A stretch of 64,000 nucleotides of DNA, from the NCBI GenBank assembly GCA_964422025.1, contig CAYQYZ010000004.1, positions 7,768 through 71,767 of the forward strand, in the 5' to 3' direction. A program made the translations under genes and the position numbers. The notes under the pieces are model-generated. The model saw nothing but the letters and a program-made list of their open reading frames with translations, ran no database searches and was not told where the DNA came from. The stretch comes from an uncultured Gammaproteobacteria bacterium. Lineage in GTDB: Bacteria > Patescibacteriota > Microgenomatia > UBA1406 > HO2-37-13b. Of this stretch, positions 45,620 to 56,735 are shown in pieces (the stretch's first letter is position 1; each line of letters starts with the position of its first letter).

Positions 45620-48600
45620 ATGGAAGAAAATTTAAAAGACGCAAAATTCGTAGATTTCTCAGGACTTAAGATTACATTGGCTTCACCAGAAGTTATGACC
45701 CAGTGGTCATACGGAGAAGTCACCAAGCCTGAAACAATTAATTATCGAACATTTAAGCCTGAAAAAGATGGTTTGTTTGACGAGCGCATTTTCGGACCTA
45801 CCAAAGATTACGAGTGTTACTGTGGAAAATACAAACGAATTCGATACAAGGGAATTATTTGTGACCGCTGTGGAGTTGAAATTACCACAAACACCGTTCG
45901 TCGTGAACGAATGGGACACATTAAATTAGCTGCTCCAATTGCTCATATTTGGTATTTTAAAGGCGCATCGTCACCATTGAGCGTATTGCTCGATATTACC
46001 TCTAACAACCTAGAACGCATCATCTATTACGCTCTGTACCTCGTTAAAGACGTTGATGAAACCAAACGAGACGCAGCACTTTCAATCGTTAACAACCTAA
46101 AAGACGATGAAGTTAAAGTACTTGAAGAATGGAAAAAAGTTGAAGAAGATAAAGTAGAAGTAGAGCTTGCCAAAGCTAAAGAAGGGGTTGAGAAAAAAGT
46201 AAAAAACGTAGAACAAAGAGAATTGATGATGCATGAAACTGAATTTAAATTCAGAGAGCGAATAACCTCAATTACCCAGGTATTCAATGAGAAAAAAACC
46301 GAAAAAGGCATTTTTTATGAAAGAATCTTGAAGGTTATTAAAGGCGCAATGTCACTTTCCGTTGTAGAAGAAGAAGATTTCATGTTCTTACGAGAAAATG
46401 AAGCACATGAATTCTTGCAAGTAGGCATGGGATCAGAAGTAATTCTGGAAGTACTTTCTGCAATGGACCTTGACGGCATGTACAACGAATTTGTTAAAAA
46501 ACTCATTAAAGCTAAAGGCGATAAACGAACACGACTGCTTAAAAAAGTACGATTAGTTGAATCATTCATAAAATCTGGTGTTTCGCCAAAATGGATGGTA
46601 CTCGTAGTGCTTCCAATTATTCCTCCAGATTTGCGCCCAGTAGTGCAACTTTCAGGTGGAAAATTTGCAACAAGCGATTTGAATGATTTTTATCGACGCG
46701 TTATTAACCGAAATAACCGATTGAAGCATTTGATTGAACTTGGTGCTCCTGAAATTATTCTTCGAAACGAAAAACGAATGTTACAGGAATCAGTTGATTC
46801 ACTTATTGACCTTTCAAAGTCACGAGGTGGAAAAACTGCGCAATCACGAAGCAAAGCCCTTAAGTCACTCTCAGATGTTCTTAAAGGTAAGAGTGGACGA
46901 TTCAGACAAAACTTGCTTGGAAAACGTGTAGATTATTCCGGACGATCAGTTATTATTGTCGGACCAGAACTGGCCTTAAATCAATGTGGTATTCCAAAAG
47001 AAATGGCATTGGAATTGTTTAAGCCATTCTTACTTCGTGAAGTAATTATTCGTGGACATGCTCAAAATATTAAGAGCGCTAAAAATTTCTTGGAAACAAA
47101 AGATCCAATTATTTATGACATTTTGGAAGAGATTACTCGAAATCACCCGGTTATTTTGAACCGAGCACCAACCTTGCATAAACTTTCAATCCTAGCATTC
47201 TACCCAGTACTAACTGATGATTATGCTATCAAACTGCATCCAACTGTATGTCAAGGGTACAATGCCGACTTTGATGGAGATCAAATGGCTATTTTCGTTC
47301 CACTTTCTGAAAAATCAATTGAAGAAGTAGAAACACGCATGATGCCGCAGCAAAATTTGCTCAAACCATCTGATGGTACTCCAATCGTAGTTCCAAACAA
47401 AGAAATGGCGTTGGGAGCCTATTATTTGACCACATTTGATGCTACGTACGACAAACTTAAAGACGAAGAGTTGATGCACTTTAGTGGTGCCGATGAAGCT
47501 TTGCTTGCTCATGCGAGTGGATCTATTCAAACTCGACAACCAATGAAAGTAAAAATTGGCGATGAGATTCTAAAAACCACTGTTGGACGCATTATTTTTA
47601 ACGCACGACTTCCAGAAGCCTTGCAATTCCATAATGAGCCCGTAAAAGCAGCTGATTTGAAGAGCATTGTAGTTGCCGCAACGACATTATTCGCAGGCGA
47701 TGAAGCACTATTAATCACCCTGATTGACAACTTGAAAGAGATTGGTTTTATGGGAGCAACCATTTCTGGAGGAGTTTCAGTATCGCTGTTCGACTGTATT
47801 ACGGTTCCGGAACGCGAAGGATTGATTAAGATTGCTGAAGGAAAAGTAAAAGAAATTGAAGATAATTACTTTAATGGACTTATTACCGAAGAAGAGAAGA
47901 AAAGACTTTCAAATAACGTGTGGATCGATGTAACCGAAGACATGGCTAATCGAACATGGGATGCGATTGATGAAGAAAATCCAGTAAAAATCATTATTAA
48001 CTCAGGAGGAGCTCGTGCTTCGCGTGAAAACATGAAGCAATTGTCAGCCATGAAAGGACTCGTTATAGATCCGTTGGGAAAGATTATTGAAGTTCCAACA
48101 AAATCGAATTACCGAGCAGGATTGACCATTTTTGAATACGTAATTAATGCTCGAGGAGCCCGAAAAGGACTTATTGACTCGGCTCTTAAAACTGCTGATG
48201 CAGGATACTTAACTCGACGATTGGTTGACGTTTCGCATGACATGATTATTCGTGAAGAATTATGTACAACAACCGAAGGACTCGTTATTACTAAAGAAGG
48301 CGAACGAGGAGAAAAATTCAATGATCGAGTAAAGGGACGAATGCTATTGAAAGACGCTACTGGCGCCAAGAACAAAGTAATCGTAAAAGCAGGAGCTATT
48401 ATTACTGATGAAGAACTTGCTGACATGAGCAAGAATGAGGTTACACGTGTAACAGTACGAAGTGCTCTGCATTGTAAGACTGAATACGGAGTTTGCCAAG
48501 GCTGTTATGGAGTTGACCTTTCAACACATAAATTAGCCGATGTTGGAGTTCCAACGGGTGTGGTTGCTGCACAATCAATTGGAGAACCAGGAACTCAGTT

Positions 48601-49690
48601 GACGATGCGGGTTCGACATTTTGGAGGAATTGTTATTGCCGACGTTACCCAAGGGTTGCCACGAGTCGAAGAATTATTTGAAACTCGAACACCAAAAGTA
48701 TTCTCACCAATTTCAGATGTATCTGGAAAAGTGAGTATTATGGAAGACACTGACCGCGCAGTATTTGTAATCAAAGTGCAGTCGGATGTAGATGGTGCTG
48801 GAAATGAACGAGAATTTATTGTTCCAAGCAATCGAAAATTGAAAGTAAAGCATGGACAATTAATTGCTTCAGGACAGTCGCTGTGCGAAGGATACTTGGA
48901 TATTAAAGAAGTACTCTCAATCAAAGGACTTGAAGAAGCGCAAACATACTTGTTAAACGAAATTCAAAAAGTGTATGAATCACAAGGAATTGCGATTCAC
49001 GATAAGCATTTTGAAGTCATTATTCGAAAAATGAGCGACAAGGTTATTATTGAAAACGAAGGAGACACTAAATTTATTGTCGGAGAAGTCGTTTCAATGT
49101 ACCGGTTTGAACGTGAAAACAAAAAAGTATTGGCTCAAGGTGGTCGACCAGCCGTTGGAAGAGTATCAATTCTTGGAATTACTCGAGCCGCTATGTATTC
49201 GGATTCATGGTTGTCATCGGCATCATTCCAGGGCACGACAACTATCTTAACTGAGGCTTCAATTAAGGGTCAAGTTGATGGGTTGCTGGGACTGAAAGAA
49301 AATGTTATAATTGGGCGTTTGATACCGGTGACTGCGCAACTATTAGATAAATACTATGGTGCGGGAGGAACATCAGAACTTTCAAAGTCACTTCCGGTAG
49401 AGGCCGTTGTACCAAGTGCAGAAGTGATCTCTGAGCTCTCTGCAGCACCTTTGATGGCAGATATGGCCGAAGAAGGAATGGGAGAAGTAGAAGCGGGAAC
49501 CGAAATGGTTGATAACGACGGAGCACCACTTGAAGAGAATTTGGATGAAGATATCGCGGTTGACGCGCTTGAAAGTGACGCAGACGACGCTCCCGATGCT
49601 CTCGACGAGGCCAGTGGAGACATGACGCAAGCTGAGGTTGCAGAGGAAGCGACGGAAGTAGAAGGAGATTCCGAAACAAGTTCGGAATGA
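45620..49690 (+). CDS. rpoC: DNA-directed RNA polymerase subunit beta-prime, with acidic C-terminal extension
   Basis: 1356 aa; Zn finger [22 protein letters not shown], catalytic [10 protein letters not shown]; starts 1 nt after the rpoB stop. Confidence 0.98.
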   Translation: MEENLKDAKFVDFSGLKITLASPEVMTQWSYGEVTKPETINYRTFKPEKDGLFDERIFGPTKDYECYCGKYKRIRYKGIICDRCGVEITTNTVRRERMGHIKLAAPIAHIWYFKGASSPLSVLLDITSNNLERIIYYALYLVKDVDETKRDAALSIVNNLKDDEVKVLEEWKKVEEDKVEVELAKAKEGVEKKVKNVEQRELMMHETEFKFRERITSITQVFNEKKTEKGIFYERILKVIKGAMSLSVVEEEDFMFLRENEAHEFLQVGMGSEVILEVLSAMDLDGMYNEFVKKLIKAKGDKRTRLLKKVRLVESFIKSGVSPKWMVLVVLPIIPPDLRPVVQLSGGKFATSDLNDFYRRVINRNNRLKHLIELGAPEIILRNEKRMLQESVDSLIDLSKSRGGKTAQSRSKALKSLSDVLKGKSGRFRQNLLGKRVDYSGRSVIIVGPELALNQCGIPKEMALELFKPFLLREVIIRGHAQNIKSAKNFLETKDPIIYDILEEITRNHPVILNRAPTLHKLSILAFYPVLTDDYAIKLHPTVCQGYNADFDGDQMAIFVPLSEKSIEEVETRMMPQQNLLKPSDGTPIVVPNKEMALGAYYLTTFDATYDKLKDEELMHFSGADEALLAHASGSIQTRQPMKVKIGDEILKTTVGRIIFNARLPEALQFHNEPVKAADLKSIVVAATTLFAGDEALLITLIDNLKEIGFMGATISGGVSVSLFDCITVPEREGLIKIAEGKVKEIEDNYFNGLITEEEKKRLSNNVWIDVTEDMANRTWDAIDEENPVKIIINSGGARASRENMKQLSAMKGLVIDPLGKIIEVPTKSNYRAGLTIFEYVINARGARKGLIDSALKTADAGYLTRRLVDVSHDMIIREELCTTTEGLVITKEGERGEKFNDRVKGRMLLKDATGAKNKVIVKAGAIITDEELADMSKNEVTRVTVRSALHCKTEYGVCQGCYGVDLSTHKLADVGVPTGVVAAQSIGEPGTQLTMRVRHFGGIVIADVTQGLPRVEELFETRTPKVFSPISDVSGKVSIMEDTDRAVFVIKVQSDVDGAGNEREFIVPSNRKLKVKHGQLIASGQSLCEGYLDIKEVLSIKGLEEAQTYLLNEIQKVYESQGIAIHDKHFEVIIRKMSDKVIIENEGDTKFIVGEVVSMYRFERENKKVLAQGGRPAVGRVSILGITRAAMYSDSWLSSASFQGTTTILTEASIKGQVDGLLGLKENVIIGRLIPVTAQLLDKYYGAGGTSELSKSLPVEAVVPSAEVISELSAAPLMADMAEEGMGEVEAGTEMVDNDGAPLEENLDEDIAVDALESDADDAPDALDEASGDMTQAEVAEEATEVEGDSETSSE

Positions 49691-49713
49691 CGTATGAGTA
49701 AGTTGAGACAGGC

Positions 49714-49744
49714 GGAGATTCTTCGCTAACGCTCAGAATGACAA
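49714..49744 (+). repeat. hairpin repeat, family 2, copy f (rpoC-rpsL spacer)
   Basis: GGAGATTCTTCGCTAACGCTCAGAATGACA, degenerate copy of the GAGATCCTTCG...CTCAGGATGACA form. Confidence 0.6.
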
Positions 49745-49753
49745 ACAAAGATT

Positions 49754-50176
49754 ATGCCAACAATAAATCAATTAATTAAGCACAAAAGAAAACCAAAAGT
49801 TCGACATGGACGTGCTATGGCCTTAAAAACGACCATTAATACTGTTCGACGAACCAAAAGCATTGTTCCTTCCGCTCTTAAACGAGGAGTGTGTGTCGTT
49901 GTACGTACCATGACGCCTAAAAAGCCAAACTCGGCTTTGCGAAAAGTGGCTCGTGTAAAATTGTCAAACGGCATGGAAGTAACTGCTTACATTCCTGGTG
50001 CAGGACATCAATTATCGGAACACTCGATTGTATTAGTTCGCGGAGGTCGTGTGAAAGATTTACCAGGAGTAAAATACCACATTGTTCGCGGAGTGTACGA
50101 CACCACGGGTGTTGACGGACGAAAAGTTTCACGTTCTAAATACGGAACGCGTCTACCTAAAGCTAAAACAGCTTAA
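49754..50176 (+). CDS. rpsL: 30S ribosomal protein S12
   Basis: MPTINQLIK...[14 protein letters not shown]... Confidence 0.98.
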   Translation: MPTINQLIKHKRKPKVRHGRAMALKTTINTVRRTKSIVPSALKRGVCVVVRTMTPKKPNSALRKVARVKLSNGMEVTAYIPGAGHQLSEHSIVLVRGGRVKDLPGVKYHIVRGVYDTTGVDGRKVSRSKYGTRLPKAKTA

Positions 50177-50181
50177 TACTT

Positions 50182-50655
50182 ATGCCACGACGATCATATA
50201 AACGAATTCCAACAAAAAAAGATCCTGTGTACGACAGCTTAGAAATCTCAAAGCTTATTAACTATGTAATGCTTGATGGAAAAAAGACAGTTGCTACAAA
50301 ATTGGTATACAAAGCCTTGGAATCAATTAAAGCTGAAGATTTAAATCCATTGGAAGTAGTTTCTCAGGCGCTCTTAAATGTTGCTCCACAGTTTGAAGTA
50401 AAACCAAAACGAGTTGGAGGAGCATCATATTTGGTTCCAATTGAAACCCGAGCTGCCCGAAAGATCTTTTTGGCATTCAACTGGATTGTAGACGCTGCAA
50501 ATGCTCGATCAAACAAAGAATTCCATTCATTTGATAAAAAATTAGCTGCAGAATTAACGAGTGCGGCAAAAAGTGAAGGGGAAGCATTTAACAAACGTAA
50601 GCAGGTTGAGAAATTGGCTGAACAGAACAAAGCGTTCGCACATTTTAAGTGGTAA
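50182..50655 (+). CDS. rpsG: 30S ribosomal protein S7
   Basis: MPRRSYKRIP...; 157 aa; canonical position after rpsL. Confidence 0.97.
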   Translation: MPRRSYKRIPTKKDPVYDSLEISKLINYVMLDGKKTVATKLVYKALESIKAEDLNPLEVVSQALLNVAPQFEVKPKRVGGASYLVPIETRAARKIFLAFNWIVDAANARSNKEFHSFDKKLAAELTSAAKSEGEAFNKRKQVEKLAEQNKAFAHFKW

Positions 50656-50664
50656 TATTCATTT

Positions 50665-52761
50665 ATGGTTAATATAGTAACAAAAGATCGAGTAGTTTCT
50701 TCTGACAAAATCCGAAATATTGGGATTATTGCTCATATTGATTCTGGAAAAACGACTACAACTGAACGTATTCTGTTTTACACCGGTCGTTCATACAAGA
50801 TTGGCGATATTGACGATGGAGACACACAAATGGACTGGATGGAACAGGAACGTGAACGAGGAATTACGATTGTTTCGGCTGCAACCACCACATTCTGGAA
50901 AGACATGCGTATTAACATTATTGATACTCCAGGCCACGTAGACTTTACCGCTGAAGTAGAACGCTCACTGCGAGTCCTTGACGGGGGAGTCATGATTTTT
51001 GACGCAGAAGAAGGCGTACAATCACAATCTGAAACCGTGTGGCGACAAGCTGATAAATATAAAGTACCTCGAATTTGTTTCATTAACAAAATGGATAAAA
51101 TTGGAGCTGACTTTTTTAAGACGGTTGATGATATTAAAAACCGACTTGGTGCAAAACCAGCGGTTATGGTATACCCAATTGGTGCAGAAAATGACTTTGT
51201 TGGAGTAGTTGACCTTATTACACTTCAATCATACGTATGGGGAGAAGATCCAACAGGCGTAAAATACAAGATCTCTGATGAAATTCCTGCTGATTTGAAG
51301 GATGGCGTTATGAAAAAACGTGCAGAACTCATCGAGTTGGTGGCTGAAAATGATGATATGCTTTTGGAGAAATTCTTAGCAGGCGCAGAAATTAGTAATG
51401 AAGAATTAAAAGCGGCATTGCGACGAGTAACGATTGCATACAAATTAGTGCCTGTGTATGCCGGAACATCACTGAGAAACAAAGGAGTACAACCAGTATT
51501 AGATGCTGTTGTTGATTATTTACCTTCACCAGAAGATTTGAAAGAGGTTATCGGTATAAATCCTGACACTAAAGAAGAAGAAAAACGACAATTAACGAAT
51601 GATGAAGATTTAACCGCCATTGCGTTTAAGATTCAACTTGATCCACACGTAGGAAAACTTACGTATGCGCGTGTGTACTCTGGAACCCTGCAATCAGGCT
51701 CATACGTATACAACGTAAACCGCCGAACCCGTGAACGTATTGGTCGTATTTTGTTGATGCATGCTAATCAGCGTGAAGAAATTGATAAAGCTTATGCCGG
51801 AGAGATTGTGGGACTAATTGGTCCAAAAGACACCCGAACTGGTGACACGTTGGCTGTTGAAGGAAAACCAATCATTTTGGAACAAATTACGTTCCCAGAA
51901 CCAGTTATTTCACTTGCTATTGAACCAAAAACAAAAGCTGATCAAGAAAAGCTTTCATACACCTTACAAAGACTTTCAGAAGAGGACCCAACATTCCATG
52001 TAAAAGTTGACCAAGAAACGGGACAAACCATTATTTCAGGAATGGGAGAATTGCATTTGGAAATTTTGGTTGATCGTATGAAACGTGAAATGGGCATGAA
52101 TGCTAACGTAGGTAAGCCACAAGTTGCCTATCGCGAGACGATTACTAAAAATGCACAAGCTGAAGGTAAATACATTAAACAATCCGGAGGTCATGGTCAA
52201 TATGGTCACTGTTTGATTCGCGTTGAACCATTGGCTCGGGGAGAAGGATTTAAGTTTGTAAGTGCCATTAAAGGAGGATCGATTCCAAATGAATTTATTG
52301 CACCAGTCGAAAAGGGAGTTATTGAAGCGCTTGAAAAGGGTGTACTGTTAGGGTTCCCAATGAGCGACGTTCAGGTTACCCTGTACGACGGTACCTACCA
52401 CGATGTCGACTCGTCAGACTTAGCATTTAAGATTGCCGGTTCAATGGCTATGCAAGCTGCAGCAAAATTGGCAGGTATGGCGCTTTTGGAACCAATCATG
52501 AAAATGGAAGTTGTGGTGCCTGACGAATTCATGGGAACTGCTATTGGCGACTTATCCTCACGAAGAGGTAAAGTGCTTGGAACTGACAAACGTGGAAATG
52601 TAACAGTTATTAAAGCCTATGCTCCACTCGCAGAGATGAGTGGATATGCTACGACCATCCGATCACTTACGCAGGGACGAGGGTTCTTCTATATGGAACC
52701 TTCACATTATGAGGAAGTGCCTCAGGCAATTATTGCCAAACTTCAGAGCGAACGAGCGTAA
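50665..52761 (+). CDS. fusA: translation elongation factor G
   Basis: [34 protein letters not shown] GTPase motifs; 698 aa. Confidence 0.98.
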   Translation: MVNIVTKDRVVSSDKIRNIGIIAHIDSGKTTTTERILFYTGRSYKIGDIDDGDTQMDWMEQERERGITIVSAATTTFWKDMRINIIDTPGHVDFTAEVERSLRVLDGGVMIFDAEEGVQSQSETVWRQADKYKVPRICFINKMDKIGADFFKTVDDIKNRLGAKPAVMVYPIGAENDFVGVVDLITLQSYVWGEDPTGVKYKISDEIPADLKDGVMKKRAELIELVAENDDMLLEKFLAGAEISNEELKAALRRVTIAYKLVPVYAGTSLRNKGVQPVLDAVVDYLPSPEDLKEVIGINPDTKEEEKRQLTNDEDLTAIAFKIQLDPHVGKLTYARVYSGTLQSGSYVYNVNRRTRERIGRILLMHANQREEIDKAYAGEIVGLIGPKDTRTGDTLAVEGKPIILEQITFPEPVISLAIEPKTKADQEKLSYTLQRLSEEDPTFHVKVDQETGQTIISGMGELHLEILVDRMKREMGMNANVGKPQVAYRETITKNAQAEGKYIKQSGGHGQYGHCLIRVEPLARGEGFKFVSAIKGGSIPNEFIAPVEKGVIEALEKGVLLGFPMSDVQVTLYDGTYHDVDSSDLAFKIAGSMAMQAAAKLAGMALLEPIMKMEVVVPDEFMGTAIGDLSSRRGKVLGTDKRGNVTVIKAYAPLAEMSGYATTIRSLTQGRGFFYMEPSHYEEVPQAIIAKLQSERA

Positions 52762-52798
52762 GATTCTCCGTTTAGCACTCAAAGCATTAGTCTGCTAA

Positions 52799-53521
52799 TT
52801 ACTGTATTGCTGGATTGAACCCGGTAAGCGTTGCTTTTACCCCTGCAATGGTCATTGAACTCACGCCGACCCCTTTGGTGAGCGTGTATTGCAGAATGTC
52901 TCCATTTTTATCGGCTTGTATATTTCCGGGAAGAAGGCTTGTTCCCATATTGATACTTGATCCAACAGTAACAGAATCGTCGGCATACTCCCTAATCGTG
53001 CTGTGAATTGCAATGCCACCTTCGGCGAAGGGAATTTGTACGCCAACATCAATGGTGCTGTCCCACTCGGCTGTTTTTGTAAGTTGTGCATCGGGTGGAA
53101 TAAACAAAATAGCATCCATAATGGAAGCAGGGATACTTTTTGACGTAATGGGAACAAAAGGAAGTCCATAGATGCCGGATTTTTTACACGTAAGTGTTGA
53201 TTTGACGGGCTCTTTTACCGACTGAATTTTGGTGGAAATAGTGACCGAGGACTCTGTGCTCTCCACGACAGTACTGGTGAAGGTTGTTCCAGCTGACATT
53301 TTATATTTCCAGGTGCTCCCTTTTTCGAAATTAAAGTATGAACTTTTGCAGGGAACGAAGGGGTCAGGAGCTGGACTCGGCGTGCTCTCTACGGCAGTCG
53401 CTTGGGCACTGGCAACTTGGGGAGTAGCTACCGGTATTGGAAAAAATCGCTCTTTCAGTAGAACTCCTGTAATGCCAATAATTGATAGCGCGATAATGAA
53501 ATTCAAAAATCGAGGGGACAT
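52799..53521 (-). CDS. membrane-anchored extracytoplasmic hypothetical protein
   Basis: N-terminal TM (FLNFIIALSIIGITGVLL), Pro/Ala linker, beta-rich S/T-rich domain. Confidence 0.6.
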   Translation of the reverse strand: MSPRFLNFIIALSIIGITGVLLKERFFPIPVATPQVASAQATAVESTPSPAPDPFVPCKSSYFNFEKGSTWKYKMSAGTTFTSTVVESTESSVTISTKIQSVKEPVKSTLTCKKSGIYGLPFVPITSKSIPASIMDAILFIPPDAQLTKTAEWDSTIDVGVQIPFAEGGIAIHSTIREYADDSVTVGSSINMGTSLLPGNIQADKNGDILQYTLTKGVGVSSMTIAGVKATLTGFNPAIQ

Positions 53522-53542
53522 GAGTTAAGTATAGCAGGAAAC

Positions 53543-53743
53543 TTATTCCTGTCCAAGATGCGAAAGATCATCCTCTTCGTATCGGGTCCCTGTTGGAGGC
53601 ACAGAATCCTTTGGTTGTACGTCAAACAAATCGTGCCCATTAAGCGTGACCCGAACTCCTTCTGGCGCGTTAGGATCGGGACGAAGCACATCTCTCATAA
53701 AACCCGAACCTTGACTTTGTGGACCTCTATCTGGATTTGCCAT
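53543..53743 (-). CDS. possible small acidic/Pro-rich protein (66 aa)
   Basis: ORF only; non-repetitive polar sequence; no SD and no family. Confidence 0.3.
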   Translation of the reverse strand: MANPDRGPQSQGSGFMRDVLRPDPNAPEGVRVTLNGHDLFDVQPKDSVPPTGTRYEEDDLSHLGQE

Positions 53744-53806
53744 ATATTTTTATTCTAAATAAGTAATAAGAATATTCTAGAAACATGTTTCATAGTTGTC
53801 AACCCC

Positions 53807-54055
53807 CTAAAATACCCAATAATTTAGCACTCCATACAAAATTATTATAGAAATAATGATAGTCGTTATAAATATTCTTATTTGACCCGCGGTTTTCCAG
53901 GCTTTATACCCTGAATACAACCAGAATATTTCAGAGGCTAGATTGAAAATGAGTCCCAGTTCCGGTTTTTTCATGGAAGTAAGCGTAAATCCTAAAATTG
54001 TAGTTACTGGGAGCATGACTTGCGTTAGTTTATCGAACCAGTTAGTTTTGTTCAT
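53807..54055 (-). CDS. small three-TM membrane protein
   Basis: ATG at 54055 (MNKTNWFDKL) preferred because the first 9 codons of the track ORF are read through repeat copy g. Confidence 0.5.
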   Translation of the reverse strand: MNKTNWFDKLTQVMLPVTTILGFTLTSMKKPELGLIFNLASEIFWLYSGYKAWKTAGQIRIFITTIIISIIILYGVLNYWVF

Positions 54056-54067
54056 ATGATTAGAGCT

Positions 54068-54139
54068 GAGATCCTGAAACAAGTTCAGGATGACCCGACT
54101 TCGTTATGTTCAAGATGACAAAGGTATGATTCAAGACGA
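54068..54139 (+). repeat. hairpin repeat, family 2, copy g, plus two degenerate tail boxes (intergenic)
   Basis: GAGATCCTGAAACAAGTTCAGGATGAC (identical core to copy a), then GTTCAAGATGACA and ATTCAAGACGAT. Confidence 0.8.
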
Positions 54140-54733
54140 TTAGAGTTTATAATCGCTTTGCATTTTCGTCACAAAATTCTCAAAATCCGTATAAAGTTCT
54201 GCGTGAATGCCAAAGTGCTTGGCGACGTCGACATTTTTTTCAGTGTCGTCCCAGAACATGATTTGATCTTTCTTGAGTTTTAACGACGCCACCACCATTT
54301 CATAAAATTGCACCGTTGGCTTTTTGTGGCCAATGTGCGACGATGCAAACACGCCATCGAATGCGTCGGCAAATCCCATATTTTTTAACATATATTCGAT
54401 CCGATTTTTTTCTTGATTGGTAGCAACGTAACACATAATATTTTTCGCTCGAAGTTCCTGAATATACCCAATTAGTGCTTCATCGATTTTGTGTTCTGAC
54501 TCAAACCAATATTGCAAAAATGCATCCACTCCCCCCTGCCAATTCCATTTGGCTAAAAATGGCGGCAAAATATCGCGCAGATCCTTTTTTCCCACAATTG
54601 TGTCTTTAAACGGGCCTTTAAAAAATTCATGTGTAGTTTCCTCTGTGAGGCCTTTTTCTTTAGCCAGAACGCGAGAAAACTTTTCACCGTTTAATAACAC
54701 CCCATCCGCATCAAACAATATTGCTTTAATCAT
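54140..54733 (-). CDS. HAD-superfamily hydrolase
   Basis: Motif I LFDADGVLL at the N-terminus (ATG at 54733), motif IV-like FWDDTEKNV. Confidence 0.85.
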   Translation of the reverse strand: MIKAILFDADGVLLNGEKFSRVLAKEKGLTEETTHEFFKGPFKDTIVGKKDLRDILPPFLAKWNWQGGVDAFLQYWFESEHKIDEALIGYIQELRAKNIMCYVATNQEKNRIEYMLKNMGFADAFDGVFASSHIGHKKPTVQFYEMVVASLKLKKDQIMFWDDTEKNVDVAKHFGIHAELYTDFENFVTKMQSDYKL

Positions 54734-54757
54734 GCAGAAAGTATACACCTTAATTTA

Positions 54758-56509
54758 TTATTCAACAATAAATCCTTTCACCTGGTGTTCCCACATACGC
54801 TTAAATTCACTGTGTGGATTTTTGAGCAGGTCTTCGACCGGACCGTCTTCGATGACTTTCCCGTGGCGCATAATTACGATTCGATCCATTTCTTTTAACG
54901 TGGAAAGTCGGTGCGCGATTGCAATAACAGTTCTGCCTTTCATAAGGCTTCGCAAGGATGTTTGAATTGCTTGCTCACTTTCGCTATCTAAACTACTCGT
55001 AGCTTCGTCGAGCACTAAAATAGGGGAATCTTTCAGGAATGCCCGGGCAATCGCCAAGCGTTGACGCTGCCCGCCCGATAATTTAACTCCTCGTTCGCCA
55101 ATAATAGTGTCGTATTGTTTGGGAAGTTTTGAAATAAAACCGTGCGCAAGTGCGAGTTTTGCAGCTTGTTCAACCTGTTGCTGGGTTGCGTTGGGATTGC
55201 TACTGGCAATATTTTCTCGGATGCTGCGATGAAACAAACTTGAGTCCTGGGGAACGACAGCAATCGATCGACGTAAACTTTCAAGCGTTAGCTGATTTAT
55301 GGGATGCCCGCCAATTGAAATTGTTCCGTCGGAAACATCAAAATGACGAAGGAGTAACGAAACAAACGTGGTTTTACCGGCTCCACTGTGGCCAATTAGT
55401 CCAACTTTTTGACCTGCTGGAATATGAAGTGAAAAATTCCGGTAAATAGGCGATCGTTCGTAGCTAAAATTGACTGAATCAAAAACAATTTCACTATTTT
55501 CAATGATGCCGTCATACGCTTCCGGATCTGTAACTACGTCATGATCTTGCAGGACTTCTTGCAATCCTTCATTTATTTGTCCATACGTGCGTCCAGCCTC
55601 TTTTAGTTCCTGACCCAAAAAAAACAACTGATGCGAAATATCGCGAATGATTGCAATGACCATAATAACTACTCCAACGGTTATGAGTTTCAGTTGTAGT
55701 AAATATACTGTCGTTACTAACATTGATGCCGTAAAAATTAAAATCAAAAAACCATTTGCTACCAAAAACCACTCAGAAAGCCACCATTCACTTAAATCTG
55801 CCTTCTTTCGCTTGCTTAAAAACGAGAAAATATGCTCATGCTCGTTTCGTAAATATGCATTTTCATGTACTAAGGAAATATTTGATATCGAATCAATAAC
55901 CACTCCTCGCAAGTTTGAATTGGATGCTGCCTGTTTTCGCGCACGAACCTGAATTTTTTTTGCAAAGACAATATTTAAAAGAAAATAGAGCGTTGTCCAG
56001 ATTAATATAATGAGACCAAGGCGGTAATCGCTTTGCCACGCAATTCCTACGTATATAAGTGCCCCCATGCACGTCGGAAAAAAATTCCATAACAAGCGCC
56101 CTACCAAATGATCTGAGCCGTCGGCCGCATTAGAAATTTTATTTTCAAGGGAACCAGCAAACCGATTGTTAAAATAATCTTTGCTATGATGCGTTATGTA
56201 TTGATACAAATCTCGATACGCGGTAACTTTTAAATTCACAATCCAGCGCATGCCCGCAAACCCGCTTAGTCGCCAAATATTTTCATTAACAAGGTCGAAA
56301 ATTGAATAAAACAGCACCCAGTGCCAAATATCGGAAAAGCCATTCTGATAATTAGCTAGCGCATCAGTCAGGTTTCTTAAGATTATTACGGTATATCTTC
56401 CAAGAAAATTTGCGACAATAACCGTAAATATAGCCGCAAACGCCCATCGTTTGTGAAAACGTGAAGCATACAGAACAAATTTTATAGGACTTTGGGGAAT
56501 TTCGGACAT
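54758..56509 (-). CDS. ABC exporter, fused permease/ATPase (MsbA-like type I exporter)
   Basis: 6-TM N-terminal domain; Walker A GHSGAGKTT, signature LSGGQRQRLAIARAF, Walker B ILVLDEATSSLD. Confidence 0.92.
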   Translation of the reverse strand: MSEIPQSPIKFVLYASRFHKRWAFAAIFTVIVANFLGRYTVIILRNLTDALANYQNGFSDIWHWVLFYSIFDLVNENIWRLSGFAGMRWIVNLKVTAYRDLYQYITHHSKDYFNNRFAGSLENKISNAADGSDHLVGRLLWNFFPTCMGALIYVGIAWQSDYRLGLIILIWTTLYFLLNIVFAKKIQVRARKQAASNSNLRGVVIDSISNISLVHENAYLRNEHEHIFSFLSKRKKADLSEWWLSEWFLVANGFLILIFTASMLVTTVYLLQLKLITVGVVIMVIAIIRDISHQLFFLGQELKEAGRTYGQINEGLQEVLQDHDVVTDPEAYDGIIENSEIVFDSVNFSYERSPIYRNFSLHIPAGQKVGLIGHSGAGKTTFVSLLLRHFDVSDGTISIGGHPINQLTLESLRRSIAVVPQDSSLFHRSIRENIASSNPNATQQQVEQAAKLALAHGFISKLPKQYDTIIGERGVKLSGGQRQRLAIARAFLKDSPILVLDEATSSLDSESEQAIQTSLRSLMKGRTVIAIAHRLSTLKEMDRIVIMRHGKVIEDGPVEDLLKNPHSEFKRMWEHQVKGFIVE

Positions 56510-56554
56510 GAATTAAGTATAGCAGGAATGGCGGTAGACGCTCAGCCACTTTTT

Positions 56555-56563
56555 TGGTACAAT
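56555..56563 (+). promoter_or_regulatory. extended -10 box TGGTACAAT upstream of tRNA-Lys
   Basis: TGnTACAAT ending 13 nt before tRNA position 1. Confidence 0.5.
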
Positions 56564-56576
56564 AGAGGGGTAATTT

Positions 56577-56648
56577 GGGTCGGTAGCTCAGTGGTAGAGC
56601 AGGAGCCTTTTAAGCTCTTGGTCGTGGGTTCGAACCCCACCCGACTCA
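56577..56648 (+). tRNA. tRNA-Lys (anticodon UUU)
   Basis: Acceptor GGGTCGG/CCGACTC (one G-U), D arm GCTC-AGTGGTA-GAGC, anticodon arm GGAGC-CTTTTAA-GCTCT, T arm GTGGG-TTCGAAC-CCCAC, discriminator A. Confidence 0.92.
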
Positions 56649-56662
56649 CAAGAATATCTTCG

Positions 56663-56687
56663 CACACACACCTCAAAGGCGTGTGTG
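56663..56687 (+). terminator. hairpin downstream of tRNA-Lys
   Basis: CACACACACCT-CAA-AGGCGTGTGTG 11-bp stem with one mismatch; no U-tract, so terminator function is uncertain. Confidence 0.35.
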
Positions 56688-56721
56688 AATAACTGACTCT
56701 ATCCTTCTCCAACAGTCCGCA

Positions 56722-56730
56722 TGGTATAAT
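56722..56730 (+). promoter_or_regulatory. extended -10 box TGGTATAAT 5 nt upstream of the ATG at 56736 (predicted leaderless)
   Basis: Part of the conserved box AACAGTCCGCATGGTATAAT, which recurs at 58911-58930. Confidence 0.55.
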
Positions 56731-56735
56731 GCGGT

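Noticed and set aside
42837-49748. Many 60-180-aa minus-strand and off-frame ORFs inside rpoB, rpoC, rpsL, rpsG and fusA (e.g. 44460..45008, 46027..46569, 48109..48924, 49305..49748, 50364..50708)
   Set aside because: These are shadow ORFs of highly conserved genes. They are Ser/Thr-rich with no start context.
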